This document shows, piece by piece, positions 22,406 through 32,389 of a stretch of 64,000 bases of DNA (its first letter is position 1; every line of letters starts with the position of its first letter). Position numbers and translations under genes: made by a program. The notes beneath the pieces were generated by a model. That model made no database searches, was not told where the DNA came from, and saw nothing but the letters and a program-made list of their open reading frames with translations. Source of the stretch: Nitrospirales bacterium (GTDB lineage: Bacteria; Nitrospirota; Nitrospiria; Nitrospirales; UBA8639); the NCBI GenBank assembly GCA_963555755.3, contig OY820905.2:1056001-1120000 (forward strand), given 5' to 3'.

Positions 22406-23188
22406 ATGGCTTTGATATTTTCTCAACGCATTATCCTAGATACGGCAGTTGGATCACAAAAGTCCGCGCAAGCTCTTGGCGCACATGGCACAATAAAACA
22501 ATGTCTCATCACCTCCGAGGTGACCACGACTTTTTGTATCGCACCATGCACACCAATATCTTACACGTCTTTTTTGCGCCCGACTGTCGTTTCTAGGATT
22601 ATTGCTGTTTTCTTTGTCTGTCTGTTCTGGATACCCAGCCAGGAGGCGTTCGCTGGAAAAGCCTCTGAAACCATCATGCACCTTCAGGAGACGATAGTGA
22701 AAATCATGAAGGAAGGGGACACGTTGGGATACCAGGGTCGCTATAGGGTTATCACCCCTGTCATTGAGCTTACCCATGACCTTTCTGTGATTGCACGCAT
22801 TGCGATCGGAAGACATTGGAAAAAACTGACAAAGGAGCAACAGGCAGGATTTACCAGCACCTTTCAAGAACTGAGCCACTCGACGTATGCTGATCGATTC
22901 AATAGTTACTCCGGGGAACAGTTTTCACTGATTTCCGAAAAATCTCTCAAGCGAAATCGCAAGCTCGTTCAAACACGATTTGTGAAAGCCGATGGTGAGG
23001 AAATACGATTTAACTACATCCTCCACCAAGTTCAGGATCAATGGAAGATAATAAATATTATGGTGAATGGCGTGAGTGATTTGGCCCTCAAACGAACCGA
23101 ATATGGGAGCATTTTGAAAAAGGATGGCTACACGACCCTCATTGAAAAATTACGTGCCCAAATCAAAGAAAGTGCGAATGGACTATAG
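22406..23188 (+). CDS. MlaC/Ttg2D (HpnM-like) periplasmic lipid-binding protein carrying an in-frame MITE
   Basis: IARIAIGRHWKKLT..QQ..F...F, WKIINIMVNGVSDLALKRTEYGSIL; adjacent to MlaA-like and HpnN-like genes. Confidence 0.85.
   Translation: MALIFSQRIILDTAVGSQKSAQALGAHGTIKQCLITSEVTTTFCIAPCTPISYTSFLRPTVVSRIIAVFFVCLFWIPSQEAFAGKASETIMHLQETIVKIMKEGDTLGYQGRYRVITPVIELTHDLSVIARIAIGRHWKKLTKEQQAGFTSTFQELSHSTYADRFNSYSGEQFSLISEKSLKRNRKLVQTRFVKADGEEIRFNYILHQVQDQWKIINIMVNGVSDLALKRTEYGSILKKDGYTTLIEKLRAQIKESANGL
22435..22597. mobile_element. 163-bp MITE family A inside the CDS
   Basis: TIR CCTAGA.ACGGCAGTTGG / CGACTGTCGTTTCTAGG; 5-bp TSD ATTAT at 22430-22434 and 22598-22602. Confidence 0.9.
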
Positions 23189-23255
23189 TGTCAGTTGCTG
23201 GTAGGATAACTAAACGAAAAACAATGTGCTGCTTTCCTGGTCTTTCATAAAAGCT

Positions 23256-24128
23256 ATGTCAACCGATTCTCACAAATTACCCAATTGGCTGCTGGTTTTT
23301 GCTGTTATCGGAATAGTAACAGTATTCCCCAACACAACCTTGGCTGTAGACTCTCAGGATGACCCGTTTGAAGTCGTCAATCGCCCTGTCTATCAGGCCA
23401 ACGACCTTCTGGATCAATATGTGGCGGGACCGGTATCCCAAGTGTATATTGACTTTACCCCTGAACCCCTCCGTTCAACCGTCTCCAACTTCTTCGATAA
23501 TCTGCTGTACCTGAACGTGGTGTTGAACGACTTTTTGCAAGGCAAGGGTGAACAGGGACTCGCCGACTCAGGTCGATTCCTCATCAACAGTACATTTGGC
23601 GCCTTGGGGCTCTTCGACGTGGCAACGCCACTTGGTCTCAAACGGCACGACGAAGACTTTGGGCAAACTCTCGCCGTGTGGGGCATCGGGCAGGGATCAT
23701 ATTTAGTCCTCCCGTTTCTTGGGCCAACAACCGCACGAGATGTCCCAGACATCGGCGTCAGTGCCGTCACAAACATTCTTTTCTATGTCAGCAACCCAGT
23801 GATAGCCCCAGTGGCAATCCTGGGCTTTATCGACCAACGATCCCGTTTTGATCAGGCCATTCAAATCAGAAATGAACTGGCCGTCGAACCCTATCTCTTC
23901 ACTCGTGAAGCCTACATACAACACCGTAATTTCCTAATTTATGACGGAGACCCGCCGATCGACGACGATGATTTGTTCCTAGATGAATCATTTGCGGAAC
24001 TTGATCTTGAAGAGGCCGACCCTGTCCAGATCGAAGACGAGCCGGACCTAAAAAACCAAGAAATTGATCCACAGGCCAATAGCACCGACCCCTCCGACAC
24101 TCCATCGCGGACGGTGTCAATCCGCTAA
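23256..24128 (+). CDS. mlaA: MlaA/VacJ family protein
   Basis: DPFEVVNR, RFLINSTFGALGLFDVA, EDFGQTLAVWGIGQGSYLVLPFLGPTTARD; acidic tail; no lipobox Cys seen. Confidence 0.88.
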   Translation: MSTDSHKLPNWLLVFAVIGIVTVFPNTTLAVDSQDDPFEVVNRPVYQANDLLDQYVAGPVSQVYIDFTPEPLRSTVSNFFDNLLYLNVVLNDFLQGKGEQGLADSGRFLINSTFGALGLFDVATPLGLKRHDEDFGQTLAVWGIGQGSYLVLPFLGPTTARDVPDIGVSAVTNILFYVSNPVIAPVAILGFIDQRSRFDQAIQIRNELAVEPYLFTREAYIQHRNFLIYDGDPPIDDDDLFLDESFAELDLEEADPVQIEDEPDLKNQEIDPQANSTDPSDTPSRTVSIR

Positions 24129-24173
24129 CCACCTTTTTCTCATTTCTTATCCCACTGTTTAAAAAGGCTCGGC

Positions 24174-26834
24174 TCAGGTATCCTTCCACCAACCTCTGGC
24201 CTCCAACTCTCCAATCAAAGCCGGCAGAACAACCAACGCACAAAGAAGCGCCAAACTTAATGTCAGCGCCAGCAACATACCCAAACTCGCCAGGCCTTGA
24301 TGGCGAGAAAATCCCAACGCCCCAAAGGAAGCCATGGTTGTCAAGGCGCTAAACAACACGGCTTTGGAGGTACTACCCTGTAGGACCTGAGCCATCGAAG
24401 ACCCTTCACGTTTTCGCAGGACCAGATAGATCCCGAACGCAATACCCAGCCCCAACACTAACGGGAGCGCGACGACGTTGGCAAGATTCAGGGGAACATC
24501 CAAGAGACGAGAAGCCGCCACGGTGAGGACCATGGTCATGACGAGGGGTAATAGCACCAACAGCACTTCCCCGGGCCGTCGGAAAACCATAAACAGCAGT
24601 ACCGTAGAAGCCAGAATGGCCACCGTTGTGGCCTGCAAGCACGCATCTATTATCGCCTGCCCTCCCTCGACAATCCCTACTGGAGAACCAATGGCTCGCG
24701 GGGCAATCTGCTGAACACCTTGGGTAAACTGCCGCAACTTCTCGTTGTCATTCCCATTAAAAACGGGAAAGACCTCAATCCGTGCTCGACCATCCTTGGC
24801 GATATAATGATCCTTGAGTTGCTGAGGTAAACTCTCAAGCGCCACAGGACTCGCGTTCATGAGTTTTCTCAATCGGTCGAGCCATGTGGGAAAGTTTCCA
24901 ATCAGTCGTGTACGAAGCTCTTGCAACGCGTCAGGGGCCCATCCAGAACTGGTTCCAAAACGATCCAACGATGTTGCCAGAGTTTCTACGCTAGCCACAA
25001 AATCCTGCCCCCAAATTGGTGTGGCCTGATCAACCAACCGTTGTTTGAAATCTTGAACGACCTGAACTTCTTCTGCATGCTTGGGAGGTGGAAGAGGATC
25101 AACTGGTGTGAGAACAGGATCAAGCACTAAGGCCATATCATCGATAATAGTCAACTTTTCCTCTTGATCGTCCGGTACAAAATTGGACAGGGTGAGCGCA
25201 CGATCTACTACATCCAATTGTTTCAAGCGAGCCGCCAACTCATTGGCTTCCGCCAGATTTTGAGCCACCACCTGGATGACATACGGTGACGTATCCGGAT
25301 CTTCAAGAAGCTCTTGAAATGTTGAGACACCTTCGGTGTTTGGATCCCGAAGGTGAAGAGGATTGAAATCAAATCGAAGCAATGGGAGCGCAGCGACGGC
25401 TGCTAGGGTGATAGGAGCCATCAGGAACAAAATAGGTCTTCGATAGCGAAGGACAAAAGGGACCTGTGTCCTCACTTCCTTCTCCGATTGATCACGGGAT
25501 TTTTGAGATTGGGATCGTGGAATGGGCAAGACCGTTAACAACGCGGGGAAGAATGTCACGTTGGCGAACAAGGCCAAAAACATTCCTCCACCAGCAATCA
25601 ATCCCAGCTCCGCAAAGCCCCGGTAAGCCGTGGGCAAAAATGAGAAAAAACTCAGGGCGGCAGCAATGGCCGAAAGGGTGAGTGCCCCCCCTACCCCACC
25701 CGCTGCTTGACGAAGCGCGACATCGTGAGCACCTAAGCGATCAAAGGCTTCCCGATACCGCATGCCAAATTGAATACCGAAATCAACACCAAGCCCAATG
25801 AACAAGACCGGAGCCGCAGCAGAGATAAAATTCAATGATCCAATGGCAAACACCGCAAAGGCCCCGGTCCAAATCAATCCCACAATTAGGGTCGCCAACA
25901 TCGCGCCTACAAGCCGGACCGAACGTAACCCAAGAAGCAAAATAATACAGACCATGGAGATCGACATCATTCCAGCGAGGCTCGCCCCCTGCGAAAGTGT
26001 CTCACGTTCCTCGGTCTCAATGGGAATGGTGCCGGTCATCCGAACACGGACCTCAAATATTTCTTCCAATCCCTTGCTCTGCTGCCGGATAAATTCCATT
26101 GGCCCACCCGCCCCCTCCATCGTCGAATAGTCGAGACGGGGTTTGGTCAGCAGAAACCCTCGCTTAGGATCGCCGTGTTTCGTCACATCATCAAGCATGG
26201 CTTCTTTCCAAGACGACGAATTTGGTTTGCCAGCAATTTGCGCTTCAATGGATTCACTCAGCAAATCAAAGACCTTGGCCAACACCATTTGTTCATCGGC
26301 ATTCGGCTGTTCATCTAATGCCAGGGTCAGCATGGAAAAAAGCCCACGAAGGCTGGGATCATGCACGAGAGTACCCAAAAAGGGTTCCCATTTACTGAGG
26401 CGCTCATCTAAATTCCAAAGCTCATCCGTATTGAGATAGAGCAGCCCATAGGTATCAAAAAATTCTCCTTGTGCGGGATCGTAGACTGACGAAAATAACG
26501 CCGGTTGGCCCCTAAGATCTGCCGCTAATTGGCGAACAGCATTTCTCACACCGTCCGTTGTTCCTTGATCAATGACAACCACAATCAGATTGTCCAGTTC
26601 AGGAAAGGCCGAGACAAAGTCTTCATCTAAATGCCGAAAGGGAAGATCGGGGTCCAGCAAATTGAGAGGATTGGTATCAAGCGTCAGATTGTTTACGGTA
26701 TACACGAAGAGAAGCCCGGTGACGATCAATAGGCCAATGACTACCCAGATCGCCAATCGACGACAAAGATCCACAAGTTGCACTAAAAACTGTTGATAAA
26801 CCACCGCAACGCGATCAAGCAGAGAACTCATCAC
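24174..26834 (-). CDS. MMPL/RND family transporter, HpnN-like
   Basis: 886 aa, LFIGLGVDFGIQF..RYRE, GFAELGLIAGGG, FDFNPL.LRDP..EGV, AVLFSALTTMASFG. Confidence 0.85.
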   Translation of the reverse strand: MMSSLLDRVAVVYQQFLVQLVDLCRRLAIWVVIGLLIVTGLLFVYTVNNLTLDTNPLNLLDPDLPFRHLDEDFVSAFPELDNLIVVVIDQGTTDGVRNAVRQLAADLRGQPALFSSVYDPAQGEFFDTYGLLYLNTDELWNLDERLSKWEPFLGTLVHDPSLRGLFSMLTLALDEQPNADEQMVLAKVFDLLSESIEAQIAGKPNSSSWKEAMLDDVTKHGDPKRGFLLTKPRLDYSTMEGAGGPMEFIRQQSKGLEEIFEVRVRMTGTIPIETEERETLSQGASLAGMMSISMVCIILLLGLRSVRLVGAMLATLIVGLIWTGAFAVFAIGSLNFISAAAPVLFIGLGVDFGIQFGMRYREAFDRLGAHDVALRQAAGGVGGALTLSAIAAALSFFSFLPTAYRGFAELGLIAGGGMFLALFANVTFFPALLTVLPIPRSQSQKSRDQSEKEVRTQVPFVLRYRRPILFLMAPITLAAVAALPLLRFDFNPLHLRDPNTEGVSTFQELLEDPDTSPYVIQVVAQNLAEANELAARLKQLDVVDRALTLSNFVPDDQEEKLTIIDDMALVLDPVLTPVDPLPPPKHAEEVQVVQDFKQRLVDQATPIWGQDFVASVETLATSLDRFGTSSGWAPDALQELRTRLIGNFPTWLDRLRKLMNASPVALESLPQQLKDHYIAKDGRARIEVFPVFNGNDNEKLRQFTQGVQQIAPRAIGSPVGIVEGGQAIIDACLQATTVAILASTVLLFMVFRRPGEVLLVLLPLVMTMVLTVAASRLLDVPLNLANVVALPLVLGLGIAFGIYLVLRKREGSSMAQVLQGSTSKAVLFSALTTMASFGALGFSRHQGLASLGMLLALTLSLALLCALVVLPALIGELEARGWWKDT

Positions 26835-27167
26835 GATCTCAACATTCCTCCAAATACCGAAGCCTGTTTCATCCTAAAAACGATCATGACATGTAAGGGT
26901 CCGTCACCCATCGAGTGAGAGTCCATTCGCCCTGAGCGCCGCAGCTCCCGAGGCAGTCGAAGGGTCCGGAAATCGCCAACCGCCGGTTTGAGATTCATCG
27001 ACAACATCCGGCTTCAACAGATTCACATCCTTTGCCCAGAACCAATTGAAGCCTCGCACCCTCATGGTATCCCGTAAGAGAGTGACATTCTTTGCCCAAG
27101 AAGGCCAAACGCATCGCGCAATTTTCAAAGCCGTCAAATGTGAATGGTGAAAGGAGTTAACCGGGGA

Positions 27168-27324
27168 GGGTTCGCGCAAGAATAACTTTCTCTGTTTGGG
27201 TGCTGAGACGCCTGTCTGGCAAGGCGCGAGGACTGCGCATACTCCTCGTATGGAAAGGACGAGCAACGCCGCCAGACAGGATGGATCGACGCCCAAACAG
27301 AGGAAGTTATTCTTGCGCGAGCCC
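27168..27324. mobile_element. 157-bp MITE family C
   Basis: TIR GGGTTCGCGCAAGAATAACTT / AAGTTATTCTTGCGCGAGCCC; other copies at 34368, 48398, 51900, 53787. Confidence 0.8.
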
Positions 27325-27459
27325 TACGTAGAACAGGCATGCGATCTCGGATTATAAACAGCGACCTAAACATTTTTCCATTTATTGAAAATACGCTTCA
27401 CGACTGTTGAGATAGTGTACCACACAATAAAAATTTCTACATCCCAGGCCCAAGACGAT

Positions 27460-29362
27460 CAGGGCTATTTCATATTAGAGTGTAACTTCATAAATAATAA
27501 GGAATAATCGATTTAGGCTGGCTTTTTCTTTTCGTTTGAGGCATACTCTTTTTCATGCCAGACGAATCCCCAAGCGGACAGCCGGACATCGATCTGGGGC
27601 AAGTGGTGGTTCGCCCAATTGTCCGGGACGAGAAGGACACCTTCAAGACCCTGCTCGACAGACATCACTACCTCGGGTCTGCCCCGCTGATTGGCCCATC
27701 GATCCAATACCTCGCCTGTGTGCAGGATCGCTGGCTGGCCTTGCTGGTGTTTGCGGCGGCGGCCCTCAAATCGAAACCGCGCGACCACTGGATCGGCTGG
27801 CCCCCCTGTTTTCACTGGCAACGCCTCCATTTACTAGCCAACAACACCCGGTTTCTCATCCTGCCGGGCTGTTCGCAAAAGAACCTTGCCTCGAAAGTCC
27901 TGTCGCTCTGCACGAAACGGATCACGGCTGATTGGCAAATGTGCCACGGCTACCCCGTGCTCCTCTTAGAAACCTTCGTCGATCCTGCCCGCTTCACCGG
28001 GACCTGCTATCGAGCCGCCGGGTGGCAGGAGCTCGGGCTGACCCGAGGGTTTCGCAAGGCCAATACGCGGTATGTTCCGCATGACCGCCCCAAACGAATT
28101 CTGGTCAGAAGTCTGCATCCCCAAGCCCGAGCGATCCTGGCCCGCCCGATGTTGGAGCCGCTCTATCAGAAAGGAGAGGTACCTCAGATGCGATTGAATG
28201 CCAAGCAGACGAACTCCCTGTTTACCTATGTGGTGCAATTGACCGATCCACGCAATTTGCAAGGGCAACGACACACCCGACGCGCCCTCACCGCGATCAT
28301 GTTCTGTGCCACCTTGTGCGGCGCCGATGGCTATGAAGCGATCTCGGACTGGGCCCAGCAGTTATCTCAGACGATGCGCAAGCGGCTGGGATGCACCAAA
28401 CGAGGGGGCCGCTACCTCGTCCCGAGCCGCAGCACACTCTACCGATTTATCTCGGCCGTCGACCCCTGGGAAGTCGACACCCTGCTCGGCCGGTGGCTGG
28501 ACACCTTTGGGGGGGAGGATCAGGGCATCGCCATTGATGGCAAGACCATGCGGGGGACTTCGAAGGTCCCGAGCGAACAGACCCATGTCCTCAGCGCCGT
28601 CACCCATGACGAGGGGCGCCACCTCACCCCAAAAAAGTCGACACCAAGACCAATGAGATCCCCTGCGTGCGTCCCTTATTAGATGAGCTGGAGATCGAAG
28701 GGAAGGTCATCACGGCGGATGCGCTCCTCACCCAGAAAGAGATCGCAAATTACCTTGTGCAAGAACGCGGGGCCGACTTCGTCTTCACCGTCAAGGGGAA
28801 CCAGCCGACCTTGAAGCACGACATTGAGGCCTTGGATTTGACCGCACAACGATGTGATGATGAGACGACCGATAAGGGCCATGGGCGAATCACGATCCGC
28901 AGGATCTGGTGCGACGACTCCCTGAATGCCTCTGTCACCTTTCCCCATGTGCAGCAAGTCTTCTGCATTGAGAGGGAAGTCGCGCATCTCAAGAAGGGCA
29001 TCACGACGGTAGATACCGTATGCGGAGTCACAAGTCAGTCACCAGCGAAGGCCTCGCCGAAGAAAATCCTCTCGCAAAACCGGAAGCATTGGAGTGTGGA
29101 GAATAAGCAGCATTATGTGTTGGATGTCACCTTTGATGAAGACCGGAGTCAGATCCGACGGCTCAATGGCCCGATGGTCATGACCTGTCTGCGACGCTAT
29201 GCCATCAGTCTCTTACGCGTGAAAGGCCAAACCAATATCGCGCAGGCGTTTCGATGGCTCTGGGCCAAGCCCCATGTAGCCATCCGCATGGCTCTGCCCT
29301 GAAAAAGTGATCAAAAAAAACTCATGGAATCCCTTGCTTATAAAAAGAATGAAATGGCCCTG
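27460..29362 (+). mobile_element. ISAs1-family element with DUF4338 domain, copy 1
   Basis: TIR CAGGGCTATTTCAT / ATGAAATGGCCCTG; homologous to 32390-34293. Confidence 0.9.
27555..29302 (+). CDS. DUF4338-ISAs1 transposase (ORFs 27555-28682 and 28667-29302 joined by a -1 frameshift)
   Basis: HHYLG, NNTRFLILP, LLETFVDP.RFTGTCYRAAGW; AIDGKTMRG; KTNEIP, ITADALLTQ, VKGNQP, HWSVEN..HYVLDVTFDED; A_AAA_AAG at 28631-28637. Confidence 0.88.
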
Positions 29363-29647
29363 CCTTCCTATTGTGTGCCCGGGACAAAGTGAAGGCATGA
29401 GGGGGTTAGCCTCTTCATTGGGTATGAGGGAGACTTCATCTCATGCGAATTCCAGCCACGATTTCGGAACTACCTTATTATCCCAGTTCCCAAGAATACG
29501 TGACCAATACAACTGTCTTGAAATTCAAAATAGGGAACTTCCGACGTTCCTTCCTACTCATGCCTCGCTAAAAGATCTTTTCTTCAAAGTCATGGTCTTA
29601 TATTGGTCTCCAATAGAAGATTGCCTGGCTCTGATGTACTCTTAACG

Positions 29648-30067
29648 TTAAAAAGGCCAAAAACCTACTTTGTCTGTTTCATTGGACGGAGGAAAGTTCA
29701 GGTCTTGGGTGACCCACTTAGGGTCAAAGGCAATCAACAATACATCCGTACCAGCATTACTTTGGCCAATACTCAGAGGAGGAGACACAGGGCTCCAAAG
29801 ACGAAGCAACACCCCAAAGTCAATTCTTAAAAACTTTGTTGTCTTAAAGTGGTACTGAAACCAAAGATGGTCAGAGGTCCCCAAAATTTCATCGGGGGCG
29901 CCCAATTGGGACACGACTTCTTGCATTGTAGTCTTGCCAGACTTGATAAAGGCCACGTCTTCTGGACGGATGGGATCATTGACAACGACTTTTCGAAATT
30001 CACAACCTATAAGAAGTGAAGGCAGGAGAAGACATCCAATAATTACTGAGAGACGATTCATGTGCAT
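29648..30067 (-). CDS. Small lipoprotein, BamE/SmpA-like
   Basis: LLIGC lipobox; IKSGKTTMQEVVSQLGAP. Confidence 0.7.
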   Translation of the reverse strand: MHMNRLSVIIGCLLLPSLLIGCEFRKVVVNDPIRPEDVAFIKSGKTTMQEVVSQLGAPDEILGTSDHLWFQYHFKTTKFLRIDFGVLLRLWSPVSPPLSIGQSNAGTDVLLIAFDPKWVTQDLNFPPSNETDKVGFWPF

Positions 30068-30074
30068 GACTAAC

Positions 30075-30503
30075 CTATTCCCCAAATGGCCATATTTGGA
30101 ATTGGAGATTGGGACTGCGTTTCCCATACACCAGTTCCTCCACAATCCCTTTTTCATTAAAAAATACATACACATGATCACTCGTGATATTCATCCGTGA
30201 TAAAAACAGGAAGTATCCTAATTTACTATCAAAGCGACGATAGTGAAAAATTTCATATCCGCTTACGTCCAGAATTTCTATGGGGGCGCCAAGGAGAATT
30301 GCCACACGTTCCCGGGTTGAACTCCCCTTATGGATAAGTGCGATATCTTCATCTTTGAAAGCTTCCCCTACATTTCCTCGAACAAATACACAGCCCGGGA
30401 GGAACAAGAAGGAAAGAATCAATGCCAAAACCAAGCAGGAATGGCGGGATGGATGGGGAAACTGTCCAGTACATAGGGAACTTCTAGTAAATTTTTTGTC
30501 CAT
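30075..30503 (-). CDS. Small lipoprotein, BamE/SmpA-like
   Basis: LPGC lipobox; IHKGSSTRERVAILLGAP..VFFNEKGIVE. Confidence 0.7.
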   Translation of the reverse strand: MDKKFTRSSLCTGQFPHPSRHSCLVLALILSFLFLPGCVFVRGNVGEAFKDEDIALIHKGSSTRERVAILLGAPIEILDVSGYEIFHYRRFDSKLGYFLFLSRMNITSDHVYVFFNEKGIVEELVYGKRSPNLQFQIWPFGE

Positions 30504-31256
30504 AAGATTTCCTTGAAAGTAAAAAAAGTTGCCACTATACCCTGTGTCTACATATCAGGGAAGTTACTGTTCCCCAAGAAAAACCCAAAAATTATGGCTG
30601 CCATTACCTCATAACTCAAAAATTAAGGCAAGGGCTAATTCTTTCATTTAGGAAGAGGTCCCATGAGATGCCCAAAGTATTCCCTCATGATTACACGGTC
30701 CCCTCCAAAAGAAGTTTTATGCCACTCACTCGCCAATTTCATAAAGAGGCAATGGCATACATCAAATATTTGGGGGTCTATATTGAGCACAAGATGAAAA
30801 TACTTTTGAGATTTTACAATGAATCGACTTCCTCAGAGGAAGAAAGATTATTGCCGAGGAGTGCAAATTTATGAGAAGGAAGGCTAGAGCCCTTCACGTA
30901 TAAAAGGGAAGCCTTGGTTTCAGCTGCCCGTTGGTTATCAAAAAACGGAGGCACAACAAATGAGTCAAATCTTGGCAAACAAGCCTTCACCTTTTCCGAA
31001 AAATTTGATAATAATGGTTACTTTTCCTCAGTATACACATTCGCAGTTTTTAGAATTGAAAAGAGAATCTTTTTTGCCAACCCGACTTTTTGGGTTTTTC
31101 ATTTTTGATTTCAGATGATATTTTTGGAACCACGCCAACATGATTTCCTTTGGACCTCTTTAAGTTGGCCTACGACCTCATGATTCTATCGATAACTTTG
31201 AAACCTACAAACTAAGGAAGCAGGGAATTTAGTAATGTGGTCATAAGGGGTGTATT

Positions 31257-32351
31257 TTGACTAGGCAACCATCTCCAGGCAATGGTCCCGGGAAGGCTAC
31301 TTCCGAGTCAAGGCCAAATCGCTTTGCCTGGGAATTAAGAAAGCCAGCTTTTTATCCCATTCAAGTCCGACATCTTGAGGTGTCCCAGGTTGCCGACATT
31401 TTGCAATCCCCTCAAAACTGCATTGCCGGACTTGTTTGCTTTGGTGAACCTCTTTCCTTTATTGGTCAAGAAACGGATCAGATTCCGGTAACAAACATAC
31501 CCCTGAGACCATTCAAGAAGGAGTCGATTGTTGAAGTGTGGTTGGGGGAGCATCCTTTTATGTATGTCCAAGAAAAGGGACTTCAAGTTGCCTGCAACCC
31601 ACATTATCTTTTTGGATCAGTGCAAGTATGGGAATCGTCAGCGCTCTCGCTAGAAGATCTCACTTGTGAAACCTATCAATTAATCTTGGATCAGATCTCG
31701 GAACTGGGCTATCCTCATCTTTTTCGTGTGTGGAATTACTTCCCAGAAATTAACCTCACAAATCATGGTCTTGAGCGATATCAGCAGTTTTGTAAAGGGA
31801 GGCATCGAGCCTTTTCCTACCGGACAAAGGAATTCCAAGCCATTCTTCCTGCAGCCACAGCCGTGGGAACTCCTAGCGGGTCTTTGCAGATTTATTTCCT
31901 GGCCGGCAAACAACCTGGCAATCATGTCGAAAACCCTCGCCAACTGAGCGCCTATGAATACCCTGACCTTTATGGACCGAAAAGCCCATCTTTTGCTAGA
32001 GCCACCATGGCTATAGCCGGGGACCATCACCACCTGTTCCTCGCCGGAACAGCAAGTATCGTAGGCCATGCCACACAACACTCAGGCAACCCGACCAAAC
32101 AAACACAGGAAACTCTTCGTAACATCGATGCTGTCGTTCGTCATACCCAAGAAATATTCCCAGTTTCATGTAGTTTGGCAGCAAGGCAATCCCTAGCAAA
32201 AGTGTATATCAGAAATCGTGAGCACTTTTGCGAGATTGAGGAAATGGTCACCAACCATCTTGGGAATTCTCTGGAAGTTCTTTATCTGCAAGGGGATATT
32301 TGTCGGAACGATCTTCTCGTAGAAATTGAAGCCGTTTTCCAGTCTTCGTGA
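31257..32351 (+). CDS. FkbO/Hyg5 family chorismatase (XanB2-like)
   Basis: RVWNYFPEIN, ERYQQFCKGR, PAATAVG, ENPRQLSAYEYP..YGPKSPSFARA, GTASIVGH, DICRNDLLVEIEA; start codon uncertain. Confidence 0.85.
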   Translation: MTRQPSPGNGPGKATSESRPNRFAWELRKPAFYPIQVRHLEVSQVADILQSPQNCIAGLVCFGEPLSFIGQETDQIPVTNIPLRPFKKESIVEVWLGEHPFMYVQEKGLQVACNPHYLFGSVQVWESSALSLEDLTCETYQLILDQISELGYPHLFRVWNYFPEINLTNHGLERYQQFCKGRHRAFSYRTKEFQAILPAATAVGTPSGSLQIYFLAGKQPGNHVENPRQLSAYEYPDLYGPKSPSFARATMAIAGDHHHLFLAGTASIVGHATQHSGNPTKQTQETLRNIDAVVRHTQEIFPVSCSLAARQSLAKVYIRNREHFCEIEEMVTNHLGNSLEVLYLQGDICRNDLLVEIEAVFQSS

Positions 32352-32389
32352 AATTTCTCCTTTATTGGACCCCATCACCCAATGGGTGC

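Noticed and set aside
27555..28200. Druantia anti-phage system
   Set aside because: The DUF4338 domain lies inside IS terminal repeats, fused to a transposase, and no DruE-like helicase or other dru genes are present.
30668..31108. Short ORFs in the AT-rich cargo spacer
   Set aside because: No motifs or convincing RBS; likely spurious or decayed.
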